From positions 4,544,001 to 4,608,000 of the forward strand of contig OZ244960.1 in assembly GCA_965222605.1 (NCBI GenBank): a stretch of DNA of 64,000 nt, given 5' to 3'. The position numbers and the translations under genes are program-made. This DNA is from Candidatus Latescibacterota bacterium. GTDB taxonomy: Bacteria > Latescibacterota > UBA2968. Position 1 is the stretch's first letter. Every line of letters begins with the position of its first letter. Positions 48,201-56,574 of this stretch are shown here, one piece after another. The notes beneath the pieces were generated by a model. It searched no databases, was not told where the DNA came from, and saw nothing but the letters and a program-made list of their open reading frames with translations.

Positions 48201-50046
48201 TGAAACACACCGAGCCGAGTCTGTGGCGTTTTCCCCTGACGGTCGAAGCCTGGCTGCGGCAAGTAGCATTGGTATCTATCTTTACGATGTGGTGACTTTT
48301 CGCGAACTTGCGCTATTTACTGGGGATACCTATTGGGTTCAGTCTGTTGCGTTCTCCCCTGATGGCTCAACACTCGCTTCCACCTTACAGAATAACACGG
48401 TCAAGCTGTGGGATGTTGCAACACACAATCACACGATACTAAAGCATACATATCAGGTCGTGTCTGTGGCATTTTCACCTGATGGCACGACGCTCATCTG
48501 GGGAACAAGAGACTACAGAGTCTCGCTGTGGGATGTTGTCAACGAAGAAAATATCACTATGCTCAAAGGAGATGTAGGTTTTGACTCGATCTCACCCGAC
48601 GGAACGACCCTTGCTTTGGGAACTGGGCACGAGATCTGGCTATGGGACCTCGCCACTGGAGAAAATATCGCCATGTTTAAGGGACATAGGTCTCCGGTCA
48701 TTTATGTATCGTTTTCACCTGATGGGACGACCCTCGCTTCCGGGTCATGGAATGGCCCAGTCAAGTTGTGGGATGTCGCGACAGGGGAAAATATCGCTAC
48801 TTTTGAGGGACATACGGCTGGGGTCAATTCTGTTGCATTTTCTCCTGATGGGAAGACCCTTGCTTCTGGGGCTTGGGATGGCTTGGTCAAGTTGTGGGAT
48901 GTCGCGACAGGGGAAAATATCGCTACTTTTGAGGGACATACGGCTGGGGTCAATTCTGTTGCGTATTCGCCCGATGGAACGACCCTCGCCTCGGGGGCAA
49001 CGAATGGCTCGGTTCTGCTGTGGGATGTTGCGACAGAAGAAAATATCGCCACTCTTGAGGCGCGTGATTTAGTCCAGTCTGTTGTGTATTCTCCCGATGG
49101 TGCAATCCTCGCTTCTGGGTCAGCGGATGGCACGATTCTGCTGTGGGATATATCAACCGGACAGTCTGTCGTTACCTTTACAGGGCATACGGAGTCGATC
49201 GGATCTATAGCATTTTCGCCTGAAGGTACAAAGCTTGCGTCAGGCTCTGCTGATGGCACGGCTCTGCTGTGGGATGTGTCGGAGTATGTCACGCCTGTGG
49301 TTTATATGCCCGATGCCAACCTGCGTGCGGTGATCCGGGATGCGCTGGGCAAGTCGCGTTTTGCACCCATTACTACCATTGATATGGCGAGTTTGACTAC
49401 TCTGGATGCGAGCAATCACAATATTCGCGAGTTGGTAGGGCTTGGGTCTGCAACCAATCTGACAGAGTTGAATCTTACGGATAATCCGTTGAGTTCACAA
49501 TCCCTCAATACGCATATTCCAGCTCTTCAGGACAGAGGTGTTGAGGTTCTGTTTGACAGACCTACGACGCTGGTAAAAATCTCAGAGAGTGAACAGGAAG
49601 GCGTGCCCGGTGCAGTGTTGGAGACGCCTCTGGTTGTTGAAGTGCGAGATCTGGATGGGAATGTGCTCGCAGGTGCGCCAGTCGCGTTTGTAGTTACAGC
49701 GGGGGATGGGGCGCTTAGTGTAGAGACCACAGTGACGGATTCGAGCGGTCGAGCATCGAGTGTGTTGACGCTTGGTAACAGTTTGGAGCCAATCGTTGTT
49801 TCGGTCATGGTTATAGGGATTGAGCAGCCGGTGACGTTTTTGATAGAGTCTATGGCTACGCCCGATTTTGATGGGGATGGAACTGTTGATTTTGCCGATT
49901 TTTTGCTTTTTGTAGAGCAGTTCGGGTTCAGTGAGGACGACGCGGGTTATGAAACGCGGTTTGATCTGGATGGGGATGGCATGATTAGATTTGAGGATTT
50001 TCTGATTTTTGCCAATGCCTTTGGCAAAGTCGTATCATCCAATTGA
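45202..50046 (+). CDS. Large secreted metzincin-WD40-Ig-LRR protein with C-terminal dockerin-like EF-hand pair
   Basis: Signal peptide; HELGHAFGLQH plus Met-turn YIMSYG; multiple WD40 blocks; two Big-1-like domains (PLIVEVRD, PLVVEVRD); short LRR; DFDGDGTVDFADF tail. Confidence 0.9.
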   Translation: MRIYCKTLRLSACLFALLCLSSAGYASPPSTDVHFCLPLDLREPDSLYVATKHALNLNVGEPRTVRMIYFLPNNRPFRQEVVDSMKVTIRQVQTFFAEQMQAHGYEKNPFRFETGAQGEPLVHRMEGQHPNSHYFDETFKTVFEEIEQAFDVRENIYFIVIDNGTNSIGSIGQSARGAGSRMGKNGGIALFPGEFIWHVVAHELGHAFGLQHDFRDNAYIMSYGAGRNRLSMCHAEFLAVHPYFNPDASIEEAQLPNIELISSRVYSAGSKSVSVQLKVSDLEGLHQVLLFVRTGKPHIAAGFREVKTCRGLVGEKDTVIEFEYDGVIPSVTGPSLSNPTIHPIYIEAVDTDGNVGSVYFELWETPPNYITTLEGHTRAVRSVVFSPDGTILASGSQDSTIKLWDVETKTNIATLSGHNNEVNTVSFSPDGTILASGSQDRTIRLWDVATRTEIATIEDRDRGTIISVSFSPNGTMLASGASGGTVKLWDVATGTSIATLEGHEDWVSAVSFSPDGTMLASGSGDRTIRLWDVATRTEIATIEGKDRILSVSFSPDGTMLASGAFDYTVKLWDVSTKENITTLEGHTFFVNSVVFYSDGTILASGSEDKTVKLWDVATGTNITTFSGYEGGVESVAFSPDGTILASSSWDHTVRLWDISEWQLPRPAMLVKISGDNQRGTPDSELANPLIVEVRDQYGAVFEGATVTFTVTEGDGKLSGRFTVEKAITDANGRAQSTLMLGDNPETNTVEVSVAGAKEIFNAMGVGTSTTSIPDGSYQTGSLPDGAMFRLGKGRIRGTDRAVAYSPDGRSLAVASSIGIYLYDVATYRERALFIGHTDWIDCVVFSPDGTMLASGAADRTVKLWDVATGTNISTFEGHTEWLESVSFSPDGTMLASGARDNTIKLWDVETRENIATLEGHTDKVYSVSFSPDGTMLASGSEDDTIKLWDVETRENIATFETHTYRVWSVAFSPDGTILAAGSWDEVKLWDVATGTNIATFETHRAESVAFSPDGRSLAAASSIGIYLYDVVTFRELALFTGDTYWVQSVAFSPDGSTLASTLQNNTVKLWDVATHNHTILKHTYQVVSVAFSPDGTTLIWGTRDYRVSLWDVVNEENITMLKGDVGFDSISPDGTTLALGTGHEIWLWDLATGENIAMFKGHRSPVIYVSFSPDGTTLASGSWNGPVKLWDVATGENIATFEGHTAGVNSVAFSPDGKTLASGAWDGLVKLWDVATGENIATFEGHTAGVNSVAYSPDGTTLASGATNGSVLLWDVATEENIATLEARDLVQSVVYSPDGAILASGSADGTILLWDISTGQSVVTFTGHTESIGSIAFSPEGTKLASGSADGTALLWDVSEYVTPVVYMPDANLRAVIRDALGKSRFAPITTIDMASLTTLDASNHNIRELVGLGSATNLTELNLTDNPLSSQSLNTHIPALQDRGVEVLFDRPTTLVKISESEQEGVPGAVLETPLVVEVRDLDGNVLAGAPVAFVVTAGDGALSVETTVTDSSGRASSVLTLGNSLEPIVVSVMVIGIEQPVTFLIESMATPDFDGDGTVDFADFLLFVEQFGFSEDDAGYETRFDLDGDGMIRFEDFLIFANAFGKVVSSN

Positions 50047-50067
50047 TTGTACAGATGAGGTGATTTC

Positions 50068-53000
50068 ATGAAGATATTTTGCATAATGCTCAGGATGAGC
50101 GTGTACTTGTTTGCATTGCTCTGTTTTGTATCTGTTGGATATACTGATCAGCCATCCGCAAACCGTATCGCTTCCTTTGAAGGGCATACGGATAAGGTCT
50201 ATTCTGTGTCGTTTTCGCCCGATGGAAAAATGCTCGCTTCCGGGTCAAGAGATAACACCATTAGATTATGGGATATTGCGATGAAGACAAATATCGCCAT
50301 CCTTGAAGGGCACACGAGCTATGTTTATTCTGTATCGTTTTCGCCCGATGGAAAAATGCTCGCTTCCGGGTCACGATCAAGGAATAATTCGATCAAACTA
50401 TGGGATGTTGAGACAAGGCAACATATCGCTGACCTTGATGGACATGATTGGGGGGTCCGTTCAGTATCGTTTTCGCCCGATGGGACGATGCTTGCTTCCG
50501 GGTCAGGGGATAACACGGTTAAGCTGTGGGATGTTGTGTCAAGAGAAAATAACGCTACCTTTGAGGGACATACACATAATGTAAATTCTGTGTCGTTTTC
50601 ACCTGACGGCACAACGCTCGCTTCGGGGTCTTCTGATAATACGGTCAAGCTATGGGATGTTGCGACGAAGACGAATATCACGACTCTTGAAGGACATACA
50701 TATACTGTAAATTCTGTGTCGTTTTCGCCTGATGGTAAAATGCTTGCTTCCGGGTCAGGAGATGACACACTCAAGCTGTGGGATGTTGCTACTGGACGAC
50801 TTATCGCCACCTTTGAAGGACATATTAGTGATGTTGCTTCTGTGTCATTTTCGCCTGATGGAAAGATTCTCGCCTCGGGAGCAGCGAAGGGCACACTCAA
50901 GCTGTGGGATGTTGCTACTGGACGACATATCGCTGACCTTCCGCGCAGTGGTTGGATTCGTTCAGTATCGTTTTCGCCCGATGGTACGATGCTCGTTTTC
51001 AGTTCAGGGGATGGGGATGGCCTGGTCGAACTGTGGGGTACATCTACATGGGTGCAGCTTGAAACACCTACCATATCAATTACTGACGGTAGTTATCAAA
51101 CGTGGGGTTTGCCCAAAGGGGCTAAAGCGCGTCTGGGTAAAGGCGTAATAACCGGTATGACATATTCACCCGATGGCTCTCAACTCGTAGTGGCGAGTGG
51201 CATGGATATAGGTATTTGGATCTATAATGCCCATACTGGTGCCGAAATTGTCCTGCTCAAGGGGCGTTCGATTAGCCCTTTTTCCACGAGATTTTCTTCT
51301 CCGGTGTTTTCCCCGGATGGTAGCACGCTCGCCAGTGGGGGTTTTAGAGGGATTTGGTTGTGGGATGCTGCCACTGGACAACAGAAAGCAATATTTGAAG
51401 GACATAGGAGTTCTGTAGTTTCCGTGGCGTTTTCCCCGGATTGTGGCACGCTTGCCAGTGGGGGTAATGACAGGACGATTCGGTTGTGGGATGTTGCCAC
51501 TGGAGAACATAAGGCGACGCTTGAAGGACATAGGAGTTCTGTGGCTTCTGTGGCGTTTTCCCCGGATGGCGGTACGCTTGCCAGTGGGAGTAGAGACGGG
51601 ACAGTTCGGTTGTGGGATGCTGCCACCGGAGAACATAAGGCGACGCTTACAGATCATACATCACGGGTTTATGCTATTGCATTTTCCCCGGATGGTGGCA
51701 CGCTTGCCAGTGGGAGTAGAGACGGGACAGTTCGATTGTGGGATGCTGCCACCGGGCAACTCAAGCAGACACTTGAGACGCATGAGATTTATGTCTATTC
51801 CCTGGCGTTTTCCCCGGATGGCGACATATTTGTTTGTGGGACTGAAACCGGAGTTGTCCTATTGTGGGATGCCGTTACCTGGCAACGCGAGAAGCTATTT
51901 GATGAGCGTACAACGAGGTTTAGTTCCGTGGCGTTCATAGCGTTTTCCCCGGATGGTAGCACGCTTGCCAGTGGGAGTGATGACGGAGCTGTTCGGTTTT
52001 GGGATGCTGCCACTGGACAACTCAAGCAGACACTTGAGCATTGGAGTTCTGTCAGATCCGTGGCATTTTCTCCGGATGGAGGCACGCTTGCCAGTGGGGA
52101 TAGGGGCAGTACGATTCGAGTATGGGATATTGTTACCGGTCAACTCATAGAGACACTTGGCGACGTGCCTGTAGGCGGAGATGAGATACCTTTTCGTTCC
52201 GTGGCATTTTCCCCAGATGGTAGCACATTAGCCAGTGGGAGCAATGATGGGACAGTACATTTGTGGGATGCCGTTACGTGGCAAAGCAGGGCGACTCATA
52301 GATGGCCTAGATCGGCGATTAGATCGGTGGCGTTTTCCCCGGATGGTAGCACGCTTGCCAGTGGAAGTGGAAGGGGCGCAATTCGGTTTCTGAATGCTAT
52401 CACTGGCCGCGATACGGCGAACCCTATATGGTTTCCATCAGGGGTTAATTCTGTAGCATTTTCCCCGGACGACAGCACGCTTGCCAGTGGGCATGAAGAC
52501 GGGACAATACAATTGTGGGACGTTGTCACTCGCCGACAAAAAAAGACTCTTACAGGACATGAGGACGATGTCGATTCTGTGGTATTTTCCCTCGATGGTG
52601 GCATGCTTGCCAGTGGTAGTGATGACAGAACGATTCGGTTATGGGATGTTGTTACTGGCCAACTCAAAAGGACTCTTAGACATGGTACTTCTGTTAGTAC
52701 CGTAGCGTTTTCACCGGATGGTAGTACTCTTGCCAGTGGAGGTCCTAATTCAGTGGAGATTCGGTTGTGGGATGTTGTCACTGGTCAACCCATAACAACT
52801 CTTGAGGGACATAGCGGTGTTATCAGTTCTGTGATGTTTTCACCGGATGGTAGCACCCTTGCCAGTGGAAGTTGGGACCACACAGTTCTGCTGTGGGATA
52901 TGTCTCCATACATCAAGCCTCAACCACCTACTCCTGATTTTGATGGCGATGGTGCTGTTGGTTTTGCCGATTTTTTGCTATTTGTGTCACAATTCGGATT

Positions 53001-53118
53001 AAGTCGAGACGACGAGGGTTATGACGTGTGGTTTGATCTGGATGGTGATGGCATGATCGGATTCGGAGATTTTCTGATTTTTGCCAATGCCTTTGGCAAA
53101 TCCGTATCGTCAAATTGA
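50068..53118 (+). CDS. Secreted WD40 multi-propeller protein with C-terminal dockerin-like EF-hand pair
   Basis: Signal peptide paralogous to 45202; about 21 WD40 repeats; DFDGDGAVGFADF...DLDGDGMIGFGDF tail. Confidence 0.9.
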   Translation: MKIFCIMLRMSVYLFALLCFVSVGYTDQPSANRIASFEGHTDKVYSVSFSPDGKMLASGSRDNTIRLWDIAMKTNIAILEGHTSYVYSVSFSPDGKMLASGSRSRNNSIKLWDVETRQHIADLDGHDWGVRSVSFSPDGTMLASGSGDNTVKLWDVVSRENNATFEGHTHNVNSVSFSPDGTTLASGSSDNTVKLWDVATKTNITTLEGHTYTVNSVSFSPDGKMLASGSGDDTLKLWDVATGRLIATFEGHISDVASVSFSPDGKILASGAAKGTLKLWDVATGRHIADLPRSGWIRSVSFSPDGTMLVFSSGDGDGLVELWGTSTWVQLETPTISITDGSYQTWGLPKGAKARLGKGVITGMTYSPDGSQLVVASGMDIGIWIYNAHTGAEIVLLKGRSISPFSTRFSSPVFSPDGSTLASGGFRGIWLWDAATGQQKAIFEGHRSSVVSVAFSPDCGTLASGGNDRTIRLWDVATGEHKATLEGHRSSVASVAFSPDGGTLASGSRDGTVRLWDAATGEHKATLTDHTSRVYAIAFSPDGGTLASGSRDGTVRLWDAATGQLKQTLETHEIYVYSLAFSPDGDIFVCGTETGVVLLWDAVTWQREKLFDERTTRFSSVAFIAFSPDGSTLASGSDDGAVRFWDAATGQLKQTLEHWSSVRSVAFSPDGGTLASGDRGSTIRVWDIVTGQLIETLGDVPVGGDEIPFRSVAFSPDGSTLASGSNDGTVHLWDAVTWQSRATHRWPRSAIRSVAFSPDGSTLASGSGRGAIRFLNAITGRDTANPIWFPSGVNSVAFSPDDSTLASGHEDGTIQLWDVVTRRQKKTLTGHEDDVDSVVFSLDGGMLASGSDDRTIRLWDVVTGQLKRTLRHGTSVSTVAFSPDGSTLASGGPNSVEIRLWDVVTGQPITTLEGHSGVISSVMFSPDGSTLASGSWDHTVLLWDMSPYIKPQPPTPDFDGDGAVGFADFLLFVSQFGLSRDDEGYDVWFDLDGDGMIGFGDFLIFANAFGKSVSSN

Positions 53119-53223
53119 TGGTATCTAAAGCATCTGAAAAGATAAAGTGCCAATTGTAAATGGTTTGAAAATGCACTTGTTCATAACTGAGATTACGAAT
53201 AAAGGATTCAGGAGGGTACTTTT

Positions 53224-54087
53224 ATGAGGATAGTGTGCATAACGCTCGGTTTACTCGTTGTGGGTTTTTCAGCCGCCGCAGGTGATGATTTTGTGAATTT
53301 TTCGCCGCGCAATCAGCCGCCGTTCTTTCCGTCTAAGGGGTTGTTGTTGGGGAGCAGTTATGCGAACAGTAATAGGGATGGCAATGCGCTCACGGAGGGC
53401 AATGACGGATATGAGGTGGTTGATTGGTATGTTGGTGAGCGCGCGAGTCAAGTGATCGTCCCTAAAGGTCGCTATGTCGAAGTGACGTATCGCGGAGAGT
53501 ATGGAAAGGCTGAGACGGTGGAGGGATTTGTCCGAGAAATGGATGAAACCGAGTTGACGGTTTATCAGGGCGGCTTGAGAAGGCGAATACCGGTGGATAG
53601 GATTGGTATTTTGATGGTCGGTGATGATGCGAGCCAACTTCAGCAGGCCAGACGCGTTATGGATAGGGAATATGAACTGGATACCAGAGATAGTCGGATT
53701 ATCAAAAAGTTATTTGGCGGTGCGCTTGGGGGCGGCCTTCTCGGATTTCTGGGAGGCTTGGTGGGTAGTAGGATGGGTGAAGGTGGATGGGATACCATTG
53801 GAGCTGTTATTTCTGGGGTGGGAATTGGCTATGTTATCGGGGTACCGACCGGAATGAGTTGGATTGATCCATACGATAGTTTCCTCTATACAATGGCCGG
53901 TAGTCTGATAGGAGGTGGAGTAGGTTATGCATTAGCAGATCCCTTCACCTTTTTTACCGGCTCGTTCATCGGGTCTCTAATTATGTCCGAGCTATTCCGA
54001 TATAAAATTAAAGTCCGCCGTTTCTCGGTCGGTCTCGCACCTGACCGCGATGGAAACCTGTCTGCAATTGCTACGTTGCGGTTTTAA
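53224..54087 (+). CDS. Modular exported protein: module D + Gly-zipper-like segment + ATLRF tail
   Basis: Signal peptide; KGRYVEVTYRG...ETELTVYQGGL module; tail RRFSVGLAPDRDGNLSAIATLRF shared with the gene ending at 45157. Confidence 0.8.
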   Translation: MRIVCITLGLLVVGFSAAAGDDFVNFSPRNQPPFFPSKGLLLGSSYANSNRDGNALTEGNDGYEVVDWYVGERASQVIVPKGRYVEVTYRGEYGKAETVEGFVREMDETELTVYQGGLRRRIPVDRIGILMVGDDASQLQQARRVMDREYELDTRDSRIIKKLFGGALGGGLLGFLGGLVGSRMGEGGWDTIGAVISGVGIGYVIGVPTGMSWIDPYDSFLYTMAGSLIGGGVGYALADPFTFFTGSFIGSLIMSELFRYKIKVRRFSVGLAPDRDGNLSAIATLRF

Positions 54088-54128
54088 ATGGCTCCCAAAA
54101 CCTGCTCAAACAGATGGGGTGGTTTAAG

Positions 54129-54322
54129 CAATACTTCGGACAGTTTTTAGGTGTAGAGGTTCTTTGAAATCAACAGTTTAGATGAGGCCCCCTGTTTTAT
54201 TTGAAACTTAGACCTGTACCCTAAGTTTGATAAAAAAACAGACAATTCTATAACCCATTGTATTATAGATACTTAGGATTTTTGACTAATTGAGGACCGG
54301 TCAAAAAGTGTCCGAACCATTG
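54129..54322. mobile_element. MITE (non-autonomous IS derivative), 194 bp
   Basis: Imperfect TIRs CAATACTTCGGACA / TGTCCGAACCATTG; direct repeats TTAAG at 54124-54128 and 54323-54327; no ORF. Confidence 0.75.
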
Positions 54323-54339
54323 TTAAGAATAAATCCACA

Positions 54340-54411
54340 AAAAAACGACTCTGAGGATCGCCTAAGAATAATGCCTTCGTATCTCGCACTTTACACACGC
54401 TTTTTAGCGGG
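54340..54411. repeat. Conserved ~70-bp non-coding element (copy 2)
   Basis: Matches 41281-41351. Confidence 0.75.
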
Positions 54412-54646
54412 TGGTTATTGACAAAATTAATCAATAAAATTGCTCTTTGGATAAAAGTTGACTATATTTTATTCAGCGACCAGAATGGGCCGGTCCATAA
54501 CCGACCCTGGGCTTTACGCCCCTGGCCGCTTTTTTTATTTTATCCTGTTTGTTCCGCAAATCCCCCACAAAAATTATCACGTAGTGCGATTAGATCAACC
54601 GCCGAATTTCATTTGGCTCTTCTCAAGACATAGACATTGCCGATGT

Positions 54647-56098
54647 CTAATCCTCCGGTAGGCTGCTCTGAAAAATCGCCATTTTTCCTTTCGCTGTAAG
54701 GCGGTATTTCTGATTTGGGCTCCTCGGCGATTCGGGCTGTGTCATTTCAACAAGGCCTGTTGTCATAACGGGTTGCATATAGTTGTAAAAAAACGTGGGG
54801 CGATGATGTAATCCAAGGGCTTTCATTGTTTCGCGTGCGCTCAAGGGTTCATTTTTTAAGCAGTTCAGAATGCGTTTTGCTTGTTCGGTTACTTGTTCGG
54901 TAGCTTGTTCGGTTACTTGTTCGGTGGCTTGTTCAGGTTCCTTGTGAACCGCGATGTTCTCAAGTAATGGTACGGTAACACGCATCCGCATACCGATTTC
55001 CTCAATACGCAACTCCGACAGCCCCAGTGCTTCAGCCTCGCGAAAGATGCGGGGAATGCCGCTGCCCCATTGTTCAATCAGATTCAGTTCGCGAAAGATG
55101 CGTGCAATGACATGGTTGCGAATTTTAGAGATACCCTGGCGAATATCGTCAAAGGTCAAACCCGGCAGCAATATGCCGGGATTTTCGACCTCTATTCGGT
55201 CATCAAAAAAAGCGACCCGAATGGGTGTTCCCTTTTGTGAATAGTCAGCGTGAACAAGCGCGTTAATGACCACTTCGCGCAAAATTCCAAGGGGAATATT
55301 CCAGGTGTCTTTGCGCCGGACTTCGGAGAAATCAGCACCGCGCATGGCGTGCTTTTTGAGAAATAACATGATGCTTTCCACGGCCAGGGGCAACGGATCG
55401 TGCAGCTCTATATGATCGAAGATATCCGCTTTGTCCCGACCAATGAAACGTCCGCATTGTACCCAGGCATCGGGGAAATGTCTTTCCCGCTCTTTTCCGA
55501 CGAGCAAAATCGCGCCTTTTGTCGGCACCTGTCGCCCCTGCTCATTCGTCAATAGCCTCAGAGTGTGCAATTCCCGTTCGCCAAGGTCGCGCTGATCCTG
55601 AAATAGATTTTCCAGTACCCTCAAGTCCAAATCATCAACCGATAACTCGGGCATCGGGAGTTCATCAAAAGCAATCCCTTCTACCGAGCGGCCCAACTCG
55701 GCGATCAATTCCCTATCTGCCACACGATTGGTGGAGCCTAAACGGACATAGACACCGCGATCAGGGCCTTCGGCTTCCAAATAGTGTGGACGGACTCCAC
55801 TCAGAAAAACTTCTACTACAAGCAGAGTTTTGCCATCAACTGTCGTCATTTCGACATTGGGAACCAAACGCGGTCTGATCAAGTCGGCGATTAAACTACA
55901 AAGCCGTTCCTCTTCATCAAGCGGATTTTCTACCCCCACTAGCAAACGAGATATATCATCCACACCGATGATTACCCGCCCACCCGCCGTATTCGCAAAT
56001 GCCACCAGAGTTTTCAGCAGATTTTTTGGTGAAGACAAGTCCCGCTTAAATTCCAGCGTCTTACCTTCCCCTTGCTTGATATAATCAGCAACCGTCAT
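54647..56098 (-). CDS. Schlafen/AlbA_2 domain protein with RecG-C-like ATPase region and C-terminal wHTH
   Basis: GEGKTLEFK...VAFANTAGG.VIIGV; LREVVINALVHADY; VENPG; EQWGSG; EQ(A/V)T repeats; RSPNQKYRLT. Likely start MTVADY. Confidence 0.85.
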   Translation of the reverse strand: MTVADYIKQGEGKTLEFKRDLSSPKNLLKTLVAFANTAGGRVIIGVDDISRLLVGVENPLDEEERLCSLIADLIRPRLVPNVEMTTVDGKTLLVVEVFLSGVRPHYLEAEGPDRGVYVRLGSTNRVADRELIAELGRSVEGIAFDELPMPELSVDDLDLRVLENLFQDQRDLGERELHTLRLLTNEQGRQVPTKGAILLVGKERERHFPDAWVQCGRFIGRDKADIFDHIELHDPLPLAVESIMLFLKKHAMRGADFSEVRRKDTWNIPLGILREVVINALVHADYSQKGTPIRVAFFDDRIEVENPGILLPGLTFDDIRQGISKIRNHVIARIFRELNLIEQWGSGIPRIFREAEALGLSELRIEEIGMRMRVTVPLLENIAVHKEPEQATEQVTEQATEQVTEQAKRILNCLKNEPLSARETMKALGLHHRPTFFYNYMQPVMTTGLVEMTQPESPRSPNQKYRLTAKGKMAIFQSSLPED

Positions 56099-56348
56099 CG
56101 CTTCAGGGCCTCCCAATAAGTTTACAAATCACATCTATCTGTATAATACCGAAAATAGTAATCACGAGTAAATATATCCAAACCCAGTTGCAAAGTAAAC
56201 AACCCATACTTTTGCCCGGATAATAACATTTGACAATATCTCGCGGCATCCTTGCCGCGATCAAGGTCGGGAAGCGGGGTATGAAGGCGAGTAAATCGAG
56301 CATGACTGCGCCAGCAGTTCAAAGGATTCCCTCCTGCGTGATATTTAC

Positions 56349-56557
56349 AAATTTTCAATCTGTTTAACGAGTCCGGAGATACACATTGTGTCTCCGGATT
56401 TTTTTGTGCCTGCTGTGCAATACTCAGTTTGCAGGTGCAATATTTAGTTTGCACTGATTGGGCGATTTTTGGGGTGGATAACAGGGAAAATGGCCTTTTT
56501 TCAGGGTAAAATGGTTTTGGCACGGGATTTGCATATGACGTGTTGTGACCGAGTAGT
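56349..56557 (+). promoter_or_regulatory. Duplicated terminator + enhancer + sigma54 promoter block (copy 2)
   Basis: TGCAA-N8-TTGCA at 56416-56433 and 56436-56453; TGGCAC-N5-TTGC at 56518-56532; homologous to 36487-36693. Confidence 0.88.
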
Positions 56558-56574
56558 TTGAGATGTGAACCTTT

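Noticed and set aside
38863-52781. Antisense ORFs with repeated PSGEN motifs
   Set aside because: Shadow frames of the WD40 FSPDG repeats.
38900-52900. Regular ~120-126-bp repeats resembling a CRISPR-like array or DGR template/variable repeats
   Set aside because: They are in-frame WD40 coding repeats. There are no cas or reverse transcriptase genes, and differences are not evidently adenine-restricted.
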